A stretch of 64,000 nucleotides of DNA, from positions 3,626 to 67,625 of the forward strand of contig JBAUEH010000111.1 in NCBI GenBank assembly GCA_049678505.1, written 5' to 3'. The notes below the pieces were generated by a model that searched no databases, was not told where the DNA came from, and saw only the letters and a list, made by a program, of their open reading frames with translations. Source of the DNA: Candidatus Acidiferrales bacterium (GTDB lineage Bacteria > Acidobacteriota > Terriglobia > Acidiferrales > UBA7541). Below are positions 8,603-16,981 of the stretch, piece after piece; positions within the stretch are counted from its first letter, which is position 1, and each line of letters starts with the position of its first letter. Position numbers and translations under genes: made by a program.

Positions 8603-9700
8603 ATGCGCGCTTTGACGTATCTAAAGTATATGAGCTTGGGAACAATGGCTGTCGCTCTGACCGCAGCGGGGGTTCGGTCACAAGACCTCCCCACAACGCA
8701 AACACCGGGCACCACCCAAGCGAATGACAATTGCAGCAACAGCTTGTTTGACGCAGCCGCGCTACAGAAAGAGATGGCGCAGATGCAAAGCCGAATGAGA
8801 GAGAGTCTTCGCGATGTGCAAACACGGGCCCAGCAGTATGAAGCGGAGGTGGCAAGGGAAATGACCGAGAACGGGATGAAACCGGAGGAATTGGCCAGCC
8901 TTGCAGAGCGGGCGCGGAGCGCATCACAACAAGCACAACAACTCTTCGCACAGGCGCCTGGCCTACTCGACAGCGATGAAGACACGGGTTGGCTTGGCCT
9001 GGAGATGACCGAGGTCACTACGGAAAAAGCCAAAGACCTGAACCTAACGCCAGCGCACGGAGTGTTGGTGTCAGAAGTTTTGCCGGACGGCCCTGCGGCG
9101 AAGGCAGGCTTGCAATCGAATGATGTGATTCTTGAATACGAGGGGCATGAAGTGGAAGGCACGGTGCAATTCCGGCGGCTGGTGCGAGAAACGCCTCCGG
9201 GGCGCAGCGTGGGGATGGCCGTCTTGCGCGCGGGCCATGAAGAAAAATTGACGATTCAAGTCGGAAATCGCGCGCGAAACATCGAGAGCGATTGGCGAGA
9301 GAGAACACCGCTGGTGGCGCCGCCGCAGTCTTTCAATTTCAAAATGGAGATGCCGGAATTGTTTATGGGGATGACGCCGGTCCTGGGCATCGAGGGAGAA
9401 GATGTCAACGGGCAACTGGGCAAGTACTTCCGCGTGCCGGGAGACGAGGGCGTGCTGGTTCGCGAAGTGAGCACGGGCACACCGGCGGCAAAAGCGGGAT
9501 TGAAGGCGGGAGACGTGATCACGCGCATTGACGGTTTAACGGTGACGACGCTGGCGGAGTTGCGCGCGCGATTGCGGGAGAAGCGCGAGGAGAAAAGCGT
9601 GTCGCTGATGGTGATGCGTCAAGGTTCGCCGGTGACGATCACAGTGACGCTCGAATCTCCTGCGCCGCAACCTGCGAAGACACGCAGCGCAGAGCTTTAA
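8603..9700 (+). CDS. secreted or anchored double-PDZ protein with no protease domain
   Basis: N-terminal hydrophobic segment, a coiled-coil region, then two PDZ units (GVLVSEVLPDGPAAKAGLQSNDVILEYEG and GVLVREVSTGTPAAKAGLKAGDVITRIDG). Confidence 0.8.
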   Translation: MRALTYLKYMSLGTMAVALTAAGVRSQDLPTTQTPGTTQANDNCSNSLFDAAALQKEMAQMQSRMRESLRDVQTRAQQYEAEVAREMTENGMKPEELASLAERARSASQQAQQLFAQAPGLLDSDEDTGWLGLEMTEVTTEKAKDLNLTPAHGVLVSEVLPDGPAAKAGLQSNDVILEYEGHEVEGTVQFRRLVRETPPGRSVGMAVLRAGHEEKLTIQVGNRARNIESDWRERTPLVAPPQSFNFKMEMPELFMGMTPVLGIEGEDVNGQLGKYFRVPGDEGVLVREVSTGTPAAKAGLKAGDVITRIDGLTVTTLAELRARLREKREEKSVSLMVMRQGSPVTITVTLESPAPQPAKTRSAEL

Positions 9701-9728
9701 CCGAATTGGAGCGGCTTGAAAAATCGGA

Positions 9729-9760
9729 GGCCCGGGCATGAAAAGCCCGGGTCTTTTTTT
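9729..9760 (+). terminator. intrinsic terminator after the PDZ gene
   Basis: GGCCCGGGC-atgaaaa-GCCCGGGTC followed by TTTTTTT. Confidence 0.65.
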
Positions 9761-9773
9761 GCGAGAATCCGCG

Positions 9774-10529
9774 CTACTGGCGGACGATTTCCGCGTTTGA
9801 AGATGGCACGGAGACGCGTTCCAGACGATTGCCGTCCAGATAGAGAATGATTTCCAAGTCCTGGCTGCGCACGCGAAGGCGATCGAGACTTTTGCCGTTC
9901 GAATTCTCCGGGTCGAGAGCTTCGACAGTAATCGTTCCGGGAGTCATCTCCTGCGGTATCAGGACAGAGAAAGTCTGCGGGCCTTTCTTTGACCAATCAT
10001 AAAGATCGGCGAGAATCGCGTATTGGTGGTACAGATTGTCGTCGAGGACGGCGATAACGGGAGTTTTAAAAAAAAATTGCTGAGTGAAAGGCGTTCCACC
10101 GTTGACTTGCACGTGGATCGTTGCGGTGCCGTTGTCGAAATCGACGGAGGCGCCGGCGGTTTTTGAGCCGGTGACGGTGGTCCACTCATAATGCGCCGGG
10201 GCGCCGTCAGCGCGCAGTTGCAGGTGTGAAGTTATGTGTGTTTCGGGACCCTGCGCGGATCGGACAGAAGCGCTGCCGCGCGCGAGCCAGCCGCCGCCGC
10301 TATCCGAGGATATCTCGAATTCTTCCGAGCCAACCTCCTTGCCGTTGACCATGTCGCGGAATTTGCCTTTTTGCGGGCTTAAGGACCGGGTGGAATCGGC
10401 TGGGAGTAAACGTGCGGGCTTTGCCGACAACGGGCGCGAATCACGAGCTGGCGTGGTGATGACAGTGGTAAGCGCAAGGGCAGAGACTAAGGAAAAACAC
10501 GCGGCAAAGATTCTCGCGGCGCGAGTCAT
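9774..10529 (-). CDS. secreted hypothetical protein
   Basis: 251 aa with signal peptide MTRAARIFAACFSLVSALALTTV. The start overlaps the aroK stop (ATGA). I recognise no family. Confidence 0.6.
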   Translation of the reverse strand: MTRAARIFAACFSLVSALALTTVITTPARDSRPLSAKPARLLPADSTRSLSPQKGKFRDMVNGKEVGSEEFEISSDSGGGWLARGSASVRSAQGPETHITSHLQLRADGAPAHYEWTTVTGSKTAGASVDFDNGTATIHVQVNGGTPFTQQFFFKTPVIAVLDDNLYHQYAILADLYDWSKKGPQTFSVLIPQEMTPGTITVEALDPENSNGKSLDRLRVRSQDLEIILYLDGNRLERVSVPSSNAEIVRQ

Positions 10530-11125
10530 AGCGGAACACCGTCGAGAATGCCCAGAGCAATGATGGATTGCACGACGCGCAACGGCTCAACGGAGCTTTC
10601 CACGCGATAGTGAGCGAGTTGGTAGAACGGCAGGCGCTCCTGGTAAAGCTGGCGGAAGCTGGCTTCGTCCTTGAAAAGCGGCCTGTCGGTAATGTGGGAG
10701 CAGCGCTGCATCAATTCTTCGACGGAGCATTGGAGCCAGACGGTGGTGCATCCAGCTTGCTTGAGTAATTCCACATTTGCGGGTTGAGCCATGGTGCCGC
10801 CACCGAGAGAGGCGATGGTGGGTTTCGCCGTTGCGGCCGCTTCTCCCAGAATACGTTCCAGCTCCTCGCGCTCGGTTGTCCGAAAGGCAGATTCACCGAG
10901 CTGCGCAAAAATCGCGGGGATGGCCAAGCCGACGCGCGTGACAATGCGCTTGTCGAGGTCGGCATGAATCCAGCCGATTTGGCGAGCGAGCAAACGCGCG
11001 ACGGTAGATTTTCCGCATCCCATGAATCCCGTCAACGCAAGCAGGCGGCGATTTATGCGTACGCCTGGCGAGGCTATTCCGGTCTGAAGATCCTTATTGC
11101 TAACAGGGGTCAGTGCGTCAGTCAC
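10526..11125 (-). CDS. aroK: shikimate kinase
   Basis: Walker A GFMGCGKSTVARLLA with the downstream shikimate-kinase pattern. The start is ambiguous: GTG 11125 overlaps the upstream stop (GTGACTGA), and ATG 11149 and 11185 are also in frame. Confidence 0.85.
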   Translation of the reverse strand: MTDALTPVSNKDLQTGIASPGVRINRRLLALTGFMGCGKSTVARLLARQIGWIHADLDKRIVTRVGLAIPAIFAQLGESAFRTTEREELERILGEAAATAKPTIASLGGGTMAQPANVELLKQAGCTTVWLQCSVEELMQRCSHITDRPLFKDEASFRQLYQERLPFYQLAHYRVESSVEPLRVVQSIIALGILDGVPL

Positions 11126-12017
11126 GCTTGTGGATGTTGATTGTACCATTGAACGAGGACAATTCCAGCTTGGCGCGCCCCTCATTCAGGCTGCCAAACA
11201 GGGTTTTTGCGAATCGGGGCGGACGCTGATTGGGGTGGGACGGCGGAACAAGTTTCGCCTGATTATCGACCTTCCCGTAGAGAGAAGTTGCGTTCACGTC
11301 AAAAGAGTCGCCGGCTGAAAAACGGACGTTGATCGGACCGCTGTAATTTTTCAGGTGATATACACCGTTAGGCAGGAAGTCGCCGTCGAGAAGAATATTG
11401 CCTGTCGATGTCTGCGCGAAAATGTTGGAGCTGTGATCATCGACGAGGCGCAGGTCGCCACTAATGGAATGCACCTCAATGCGACCCGTGCAGCGCATGC
11501 ACTGGAAAGGGCCGCCAACCGTTTGAACCACCAGATACCCGCCTATATCCTCGGCATCGACGCCGGCAGCGACCGTTTCCACATTCATATCGCCGAGGAT
11601 ATTGGAAACGCTGATGCTGCCAGAATCGCTGTGCACTTGCAGTTCGGAATCCTCCGGCACAGTGATCACGTAATTGGCGCGTAGCTCATCGGGCGAGATG
11701 TTCTCGGCCAGCAGGTGGGTTACGACGTCGACGCGGTTGCCAACTTGCTCGGCATCCACTTCAATTTTTTCGCTATCGTGATCGGCGACCACCATTACCG
11801 TCGGCTTATTCCAGGACGAGATCACGACCGTGCCGCTTGGGTTATGCAGGGTGATCAGCGGATGGGTCTGCACCGTGAATTGCTTCTCCAAATGATGAGC
11901 AAATGCCGGGGAGGCGCAGACAAATAACAGGGCGGAGCCAAACAACACAGCCGCACTGTTTTCCGCAACTCGCCACATTGGTTTCAACGATGTCGACGAT
12001 ATCATGGGAGGCTCCAT
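11118..12017 (-). CDS. DUF4097 domain protein
   Basis: Signal peptide, then repeats SGSISVSNILGDMNV, TGRIEVHSISGDLRL, TSTGNILLDG and SFNGTINIH. The start overlaps the anti-sigma stop by 1 nt. Confidence 0.75.
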   Translation of the reverse strand: MEPPMISSTSLKPMWRVAENSAAVLFGSALLFVCASPAFAHHLEKQFTVQTHPLITLHNPSGTVVISSWNKPTVMVVADHDSEKIEVDAEQVGNRVDVVTHLLAENISPDELRANYVITVPEDSELQVHSDSGSISVSNILGDMNVETVAAGVDAEDIGGYLVVQTVGGPFQCMRCTGRIEVHSISGDLRLVDDHSSNIFAQTSTGNILLDGDFLPNGVYHLKNYSGPINVRFSAGDSFDVNATSLYGKVDNQAKLVPPSHPNQRPPRFAKTLFGSLNEGRAKLELSSFNGTINIHKRD

Positions 12018-12676
12018 TACCGCTCCGCACTCTCTGCCATGGTTGCCAAGAGATCCGCTTTCTGCTGGTACGCCGTATACAAATAATCGCGCGTCATCTC
12101 GTTTTGAGGATCTTCGCGAACGCTCTTTTCACACATGGAAATCATATTGTCAACAATGGCGAGGTTATGATTCAGAGTGGTGGTCACATCGTTGCCTTGC
12201 GCTTGGAGCGCCGGAACGGTTTTTGTCTCGGCGGTGCTCAATTCCGCGTCCACCGGAGCCATGGTCGTTTGCGCGCGCTGCAGCCACATGGCTTCCTGAT
12301 CGGCGCGGTTGGTAGTCTTCATCTGCACGCCAAGCACGGCAGCACCTACGATGACAAGCGACAGATAGGCACCCGCGAGAGCCGGCCGGAAAGCACCAAA
12401 GGCCCCGAGGCGCGTCCACCATCCTGCGCTGGGTCGCAGGCTCGGTGTGCGAATCAGGCCTTCTTTTTCCAACTGCGATCTGATTGCGAGCCAGACTTGA
12501 GCAGGAGGCTCGACCTCGGGCAGGAGCGCGCTGGCATTGCGAATCATCTCCAGGTCAGCGATCAGAGCGCGACAGCGTGCGCATCCCGCCATGTGCGATG
12601 CGGCCACGGGATTACGTTCGCCATCCATCCACTCGCCGCTGATTTGCCGGAATTCGTCACAACGCATCGGTGCCAT
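12017..12676 (-). CDS. anti-sigma factor (zf-HC2, single TM)
   Basis: MRCDEFRQ...HMAGCARCRALIADL motif and TM helix AGAYLSLVIVGAAVLGV. It starts 5 nt after the sigma stop. Confidence 0.75.
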   Translation of the reverse strand: MAPMRCDEFRQISGEWMDGERNPVAASHMAGCARCRALIADLEMIRNASALLPEVEPPAQVWLAIRSQLEKEGLIRTPSLRPSAGWWTRLGAFGAFRPALAGAYLSLVIVGAAVLGVQMKTTNRADQEAMWLQRAQTTMAPVDAELSTAETKTVPALQAQGNDVTTTLNHNLAIVDNMISMCEKSVREDPQNEMTRDYLYTAYQQKADLLATMAESAER

Positions 12677-12681
12677 GGCGT

Positions 12682-13335
12682 TCAGTCCTCGCCCGCAGCG
12701 TCCTGTTTGAAAGCCTGACGCTCATCGCGAGCTTTTTGCCTTTCGGTCTCATGGAGAAGATCTCTCAATCTCATGCGAGCCTTATGCAGTTGCGACTTCG
12801 AATTGCCGATGGAGCAGCCCATAATATCCGCGATCTCGTTGTGCTCGTAGCCTTGCACATCGTGCAGCACAAACACCGCCTTGTAGCCAGCCGGCAACTG
12901 ATCCACGGCCCGTTGCAGGTTCACGCGGTCGATCGAACCGCTGAGCCCTAGGTCGGGGCCGCCGAAATCCCTGCGTGGGCCGCCGCTCTCTTCATCCGGT
13001 TCGGTTACTTCCTCGAGAGAAGTCTCCGAGCCGGTCTTCTTGCGCAACCGCATCAGCACTACGTTAACGGCAAGTCGATGAAGCCATGTCGAAAAGGCAG
13101 ATTCGCCGCGGAAGGTGCTGATTTTTCTAAACAGCTGCAGAAAGGCTTCTTGAGTCAAGTCCTCTGCTTCAGCCGTGTTTCCGACCATCCGCAAGCACAA
13201 TGAGTAAACGCGGCGCTGGTGAATCTGATAGAGCCGCTCAAAAGCCGCCGCATCACCCTGCTGCGCCAGGCGGATCGCATCCGCTTCCGGCACTTCGCCG
13301 TTTTCGATTCGCCTCGTTCGGGCCACGATACCCAA
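12682..13335 (-). CDS. ECF sigma factor
   Basis: Region 2 ([23 protein letters not shown]...[17 protein letters not shown]) and region 4 ([41 protein letters not shown]). Confidence 0.85.
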   Translation of the reverse strand: MGIVARTRRIENGEVPEADAIRLAQQGDAAAFERLYQIHQRRVYSLCLRMVGNTAEAEDLTQEAFLQLFRKISTFRGESAFSTWLHRLAVNVVLMRLRKKTGSETSLEEVTEPDEESGGPRRDFGGPDLGLSGSIDRVNLQRAVDQLPAGYKAVFVLHDVQGYEHNEIADIMGCSIGNSKSQLHKARMRLRDLLHETERQKARDERQAFKQDAAGED

Positions 13336-13491
13336 CGCGACGCATCTGTCTTCTCCGATGCGCCGCCTAATCCAGAAGTTGTACTTAAAAGTTCCAGGAA
13401 TGCGCCGGTATTCTAAGATTCACCGGCTCATCCCTACCGCACCGCAGAAACAGGTACGGACTGCTATTTTCTTCGGAAATCGCCTGCGCGT

Positions 13492-14232
13492 CTACCGAGG
13501 AACGCGGGAGACTGGTGGGCGAAGAACCTCGCGAACAGCCGAGGCCGCGGCGCTCAAGTCATCGTGAAAGAGAGCCAAATTCCTAGGAGGTAATGCCAGA
13601 ATAAACGACTTGAGCACGACAACGGTTTCACGCAGGCAAGTATTCAGGTCGTAATGCAGTTCATCCAGCCTGGGCCAAGAAGAGTCCGGGTGGATGTGCA
13701 CACCGGCGGACAATTCTTCGGCCTCGCGATGGAATTCGTCTCCGAGAGCGCTGACGCTCATTTCGATCACGCGGAGCTTATGCAGGAATCGCGAACGGCT
13801 GCCAAACAGAATCCGGTGCATGAGCTGGTTCCATTGGGCGTTCTGCTGAGCCGCTTCGCTGCGGTAAAAAGCCGGATTGAGCGCCGCCACGGCAGGAGGA
13901 GCGACAAGTTGGCGTCCCCATTTTTCCAGAATACGGCAAGAGGCTGCCAAGGGTCCGGTGAGGTCGGTCACGACGGTGGCAGCGATCTCCACGCATTGGC
14001 GTGCGTGCATAATCTTGCCCTCTGAGCGGAGAGTCATCGCGTCGTCCAGCGGCACGGAGAAAACGGCATAGGCGTCTTCCCACTCGCGGACGATGCTGTC
14101 GAAAACGCGATTCTTCTCGGCGGGAAGACGAGTAAACCAATCCTCCTTTACCGAACTGCGAGCAATCGCAGACTCACGCTGTTTTCGCCAAAGCACGACG
14201 GCCCCAATCAGGCGGGCATTATACCAGAGCAA
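13492..14232 (-). CDS. hypothetical protein
   Basis: 246-aa ORF with a TTG start and non-repetitive, helix-like composition. I recognise no motif, and both coding status and start are uncertain. Confidence 0.4.
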   Translation of the reverse strand: MLWYNARLIGAVVLWRKQRESAIARSSVKEDWFTRLPAEKNRVFDSIVREWEDAYAVFSVPLDDAMTLRSEGKIMHARQCVEIAATVVTDLTGPLAASCRILEKWGRQLVAPPAVAALNPAFYRSEAAQQNAQWNQLMHRILFGSRSRFLHKLRVIEMSVSALGDEFHREAEELSAGVHIHPDSSWPRLDELHYDLNTCLRETVVVLKSFILALPPRNLALFHDDLSAAASAVREVLRPPVSRVPR

Positions 14233-14238
14233 GCAAGT

Positions 14239-14255
14239 CCGGGCGTTTCTTGACG
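14239..14255 (+). repeat. 17-bp perfect direct repeat, left copy (partner 15327-15343)
   Basis: CCGGGCGTTTCTTGACG is identical at both sites, and the flanking bases differ on both sides. Confidence 0.85.
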
Positions 14256-14293
14256 GGGTATTACGTACTGAGGGGAAAATGCTACACCCCGGG
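14256..14293. repeat. ~40-bp imperfect inverted repeat, left arm (partner 15215-15256)
   Basis: gggtattacgtactgaggggaaaatgctacaccccggg compared with the reverse complement of ccggagtgtagcaaaatcccctcagtgggtaatatcccgggg gives about 32 of 40 positions matching with one gap. Confidence 0.65.
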
Positions 14294-14532
14294 TGGAGGT
14301 CGCCAGTATAGTCAGGACAGAAGAATCCATCAACCGATTGAGGGAGTTAGGATACAGAGACGCGCGAAACCGGCCCTCCGGGCATTATGATTCGCGAGTG
14401 AGCGGAGTATACAGACCGGCAACAACGCGTAACAAGCGATGGGTTTCCCGGGTGATCGGCATGCGCGGGAGGATTTCTTAAGATACAATACGGCCCATCT
14501 TCGCGGTCAACAATCGTTTTACAGGAGCATCC

Positions 14533-15105
14533 ATGAAGGCATTTTTCTGCGTGATGGCCGGTTTGGCATTGATGAGCGTTGCGAGTCCGCGTGCAATCGG
14601 CCAATCGAGCAGCGTGAAATCCGAAATTGCACGCGCGCTATCGGCTGCTCCAACTTCCGTGTCGGCAGGTGCAAGCGTTGATACCGCCGATGCGAAAGGA
14701 CATATGACAGAGTTGCGCCGTGGATCGAATGGTTGGACATGCGTAATCGACGATCCGGCAGCGATACAACATGATCCCATCGAGCACCATCCGGCCTGCT
14801 TCGACAAACATGGATTGGAATGGATGGAAGCCTTTACGGCCGGACGCGTTCCGAATCCCGACCGCGCTGGCTACGCTTATATGCTGGAAGGCGGCTCATC
14901 CTGGAGCAACACGGATCCTAGCGCCACAAAACTGGCTCCCGGCCAGAAGGATTACATTCGCATCCCCGCGCACATCATGATCCTGAACGCAAAAGTCGCA
15001 AATTCCTCGGGATTCCCATCGGGACAGGCGAAGCCTGACACGCGCAAACCATTTGTAATGTTCGGCGGCACAGCTTACGCGATACTGATTATTCCGGTGA
15101 ACTGA
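14533..15105 (+). CDS. secreted hypothetical protein
   Basis: 190 aa, signal peptide MKAFFCVMAGLALMSVASPRAIGQ, RBS ACAGGAG. No family recognised. Confidence 0.6.
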   Translation: MKAFFCVMAGLALMSVASPRAIGQSSSVKSEIARALSAAPTSVSAGASVDTADAKGHMTELRRGSNGWTCVIDDPAAIQHDPIEHHPACFDKHGLEWMEAFTAGRVPNPDRAGYAYMLEGGSSWSNTDPSATKLAPGQKDYIRIPAHIMILNAKVANSSGFPSGQAKPDTRKPFVMFGGTAYAILIIPVN

Positions 15106-15214
15106 AAGGTCTCAGCCAGATTCACTGGGGCTGCGTTCGGGAAGATTTTTTCTTTTTTCTCGGGTACCCACTCGGAAGCAAATCATCCCCGCACCCGCAC
15201 TCGCTCACGGGCCG

Positions 15215-15256
15215 CCGGAGTGTAGCAAAATCCCCTCAGTGGGTAATATCCCGGGG
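15215..15256. repeat. ~40-bp imperfect inverted repeat, right arm
   Basis: See the left arm at 14256-14293. Confidence 0.65.
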
Positions 15257-15326
15257 TAGTGGGTCAGTTTGGATTTTGACTCTTTGTGTCACGATCAAGA
15301 AAATTCAAACTGCCCCACTACCTATC

Positions 15327-15343
15327 CCGGGCGTTTCTTGACG
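15327..15343 (+). repeat. 17-bp perfect direct repeat, right copy
   Basis: CCGGGCGTTTCTTGACG. It contains the -35 of the putative lysS promoter. Confidence 0.85.
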
Positions 15344-15367
15344 CTTCGCGAGGGCGCTCGCTATACT
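15338..15367 (+). promoter_or_regulatory. putative sigma-70-type promoter of lysS
   Basis: TTGACG (15338-15343), an 18-nt spacer, and TATACT (15362-15367). Confidence 0.4.
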
Positions 15368-15400
15368 GCCGAACGACTCCAGGAAAGGAATGCCGCGCTT

Positions 15401-16981
15401 TTGGAATTCGAACCGCACGACCAGCTTGTCCAGCGTCAGAAAAAACTGGAGCGAATCGCCGCGCTGGGCTTCGATCCTTATCCTCACAAGTTCGAGTGGA
15501 AGCAAACGCCTGCTCAAATTGTCGCGGAATTTGGAGATCGCTCCGCGGAAGCTCTGGAAGCGTCGCAGGCGAATGTTTCCGTTGCCGGCCGCATCCTGAC
15601 AATTCGTCTGCATGGCAAAGCGGGCTTTGCGCACATTCAAGGGGACGGCCAGCGGCTTCAAATCTACGTGAAACTCGATGCCGTTGGACCGCGTTTTTTT
15701 GAGCTTTTTCAGCTTCTCGATATGGGCGACGTCATCGGCGTCTCCGGCCATCTTTTTCGCACCAAGACGAACGAATTGACGGTGTGGGTGGAACAGGTCA
15801 CGCTGCTTACCAAGGCCTTGCTGCCGCTACCCGAGAAGTGGCACGGCCTCGCCGACGTGGAGATGCGCTATCGCCGGCGCTACCTCGATTTGATTGCGAA
15901 CGAGCGCGTGCGCCAGATTTTTCTGCGGCGCGCACAAATCATTCGCTACATCCGGGACTTTTTTGACGCGCGGAAATACCTGGAAGTTGAGACTCCGATG
16001 ATGCATCCGATCCTGGGAGGCGCGACGGCCCGGCCATTTGTCACGCGGCACAACACATTCGATGTCGATTTTTATATGCGCATTGCGCCGGAGCTTTACC
16101 TGAAGCGGCTGGTGGTTGGGGGACTGGACCGCGTGTACGAAATCAATCGCAATTTTCGGAATGAAGGCATCGACGCCATTCACACGCCGGAATTCACCAT
16201 GCTGGAGTTTTATCAGGCGTACAGCGATTACCGCGAGTTAATGAAACTGACCGAAGAACTGTTCTCAGGGATGGCGAAAGCGGTCTGTGGCGGAACGAAG
16301 GTCAAATACGGCGAGCACGAAATCGATTTCGGCCGGTTTGAGGCGCTGTCGATGCGCGAAGCGATCGTCAAATTCTGGTCGGCGGCGGCTAGCCAAGCGC
16401 CGACAGTCGAGGAACTGGCCGCGCCGCAAGGCCCCCGCGCGGTTGCTGAACGCTATAACGTCTACGCCCGCGCGAAAGGCCTCGAAAGTGGCTTTGACGC
16501 GATCGCCGATCTCGACAAGTCCTCCGCTGGCGAATTGACAGGCGCGCTTTTTGAAGAAGTGGCCGAAGAGCATCTGATTCAGCCCACGTTTATTTACGAT
16601 TTTCCGGCGGATATTTCGCCCTTGTCGAAGCGTCGAAGGGATGATCCGTCGCTGGCGGAACGCTTTGAACTTTTCATCGAGGGGATGGAACTGGCGAATG
16701 GTTTTTCGGAGCTGAACGACCCCGCTGACCAGGAGCAGCGTTTCCGCGCTCAGGTGGAGTCGGGCGGGTTGGAAATGCCGAAGGAAATTGATTGGGATTA
16801 TATCCGCGCGCTGGCGCACGGAATGCCGCCGACGGCAGGCGAAGGCATTGGAATCGACCGGCTGATTATGCTGCTCACCGATTCGCACTCGATTCGCGAA
16901 GTGATCCTTTTCCCCACATTGCGTCCGCAAAAGGATTCGGAAACGGATGCCGTGGCAGCGCCGCACGAAGAACATTCATGA
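15401..16981 (+). CDS. lysS: lysine--tRNA ligase (class II)
   Basis: An OB anticodon-binding domain (VSVAGRILTIRLHGKAGFAHIQ) is followed by a class II catalytic core (YLEVETPMMH, NRNFRNEGID, GEGIGIDRLIMLLT). The track start at 15269 lies upstream of the putative promoter. I place the start at in-frame TTG 15401, which has GGAAAGGA about 11 nt upstream. The start is uncertain. Confidence 0.88.
   Translation: MEFEPHDQLVQRQKKLERIAALGFDPYPHKFEWKQTPAQIVAEFGDRSAEALEASQANVSVAGRILTIRLHGKAGFAHIQGDGQRLQIYVKLDAVGPRFFELFQLLDMGDVIGVSGHLFRTKTNELTVWVEQVTLLTKALLPLPEKWHGLADVEMRYRRRYLDLIANERVRQIFLRRAQIIRYIRDFFDARKYLEVETPMMHPILGGATARPFVTRHNTFDVDFYMRIAPELYLKRLVVGGLDRVYEINRNFRNEGIDAIHTPEFTMLEFYQAYSDYRELMKLTEELFSGMAKAVCGGTKVKYGEHEIDFGRFEALSMREAIVKFWSAAASQAPTVEELAAPQGPRAVAERYNVYARAKGLESGFDAIADLDKSSAGELTGALFEEVAEEHLIQPTFIYDFPADISPLSKRRRDDPSLAERFELFIEGMELANGFSELNDPADQEQRFRAQVESGGLEMPKEIDWDYIRALAHGMPPTAGEGIGIDRLIMLLTDSHSIREVILFPTLRPQKDSETDAVAAPHEEHS

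Noticed and set aside
15269-15400. N-terminal 44 codons of the track version of lysS
   Set aside because: The first codon listed is TTG. The stretch contains the best promoter candidate for lysS (TTGACG-18-TATACT at 15338-15367) and part of the repeat structure. LysRS homology begins only around LEFEPHDQL, so I moved the start to TTG 15401.
15106-15400. Possible T-box or lysine riboswitch upstream of lysS
   Set aside because: I could not find the conserved T-box sequence (AAUUAGGGUGGUACCGCG-like) or L-box helices. The repeated GTGGGT segments are better explained as part of the inverted-repeat element.
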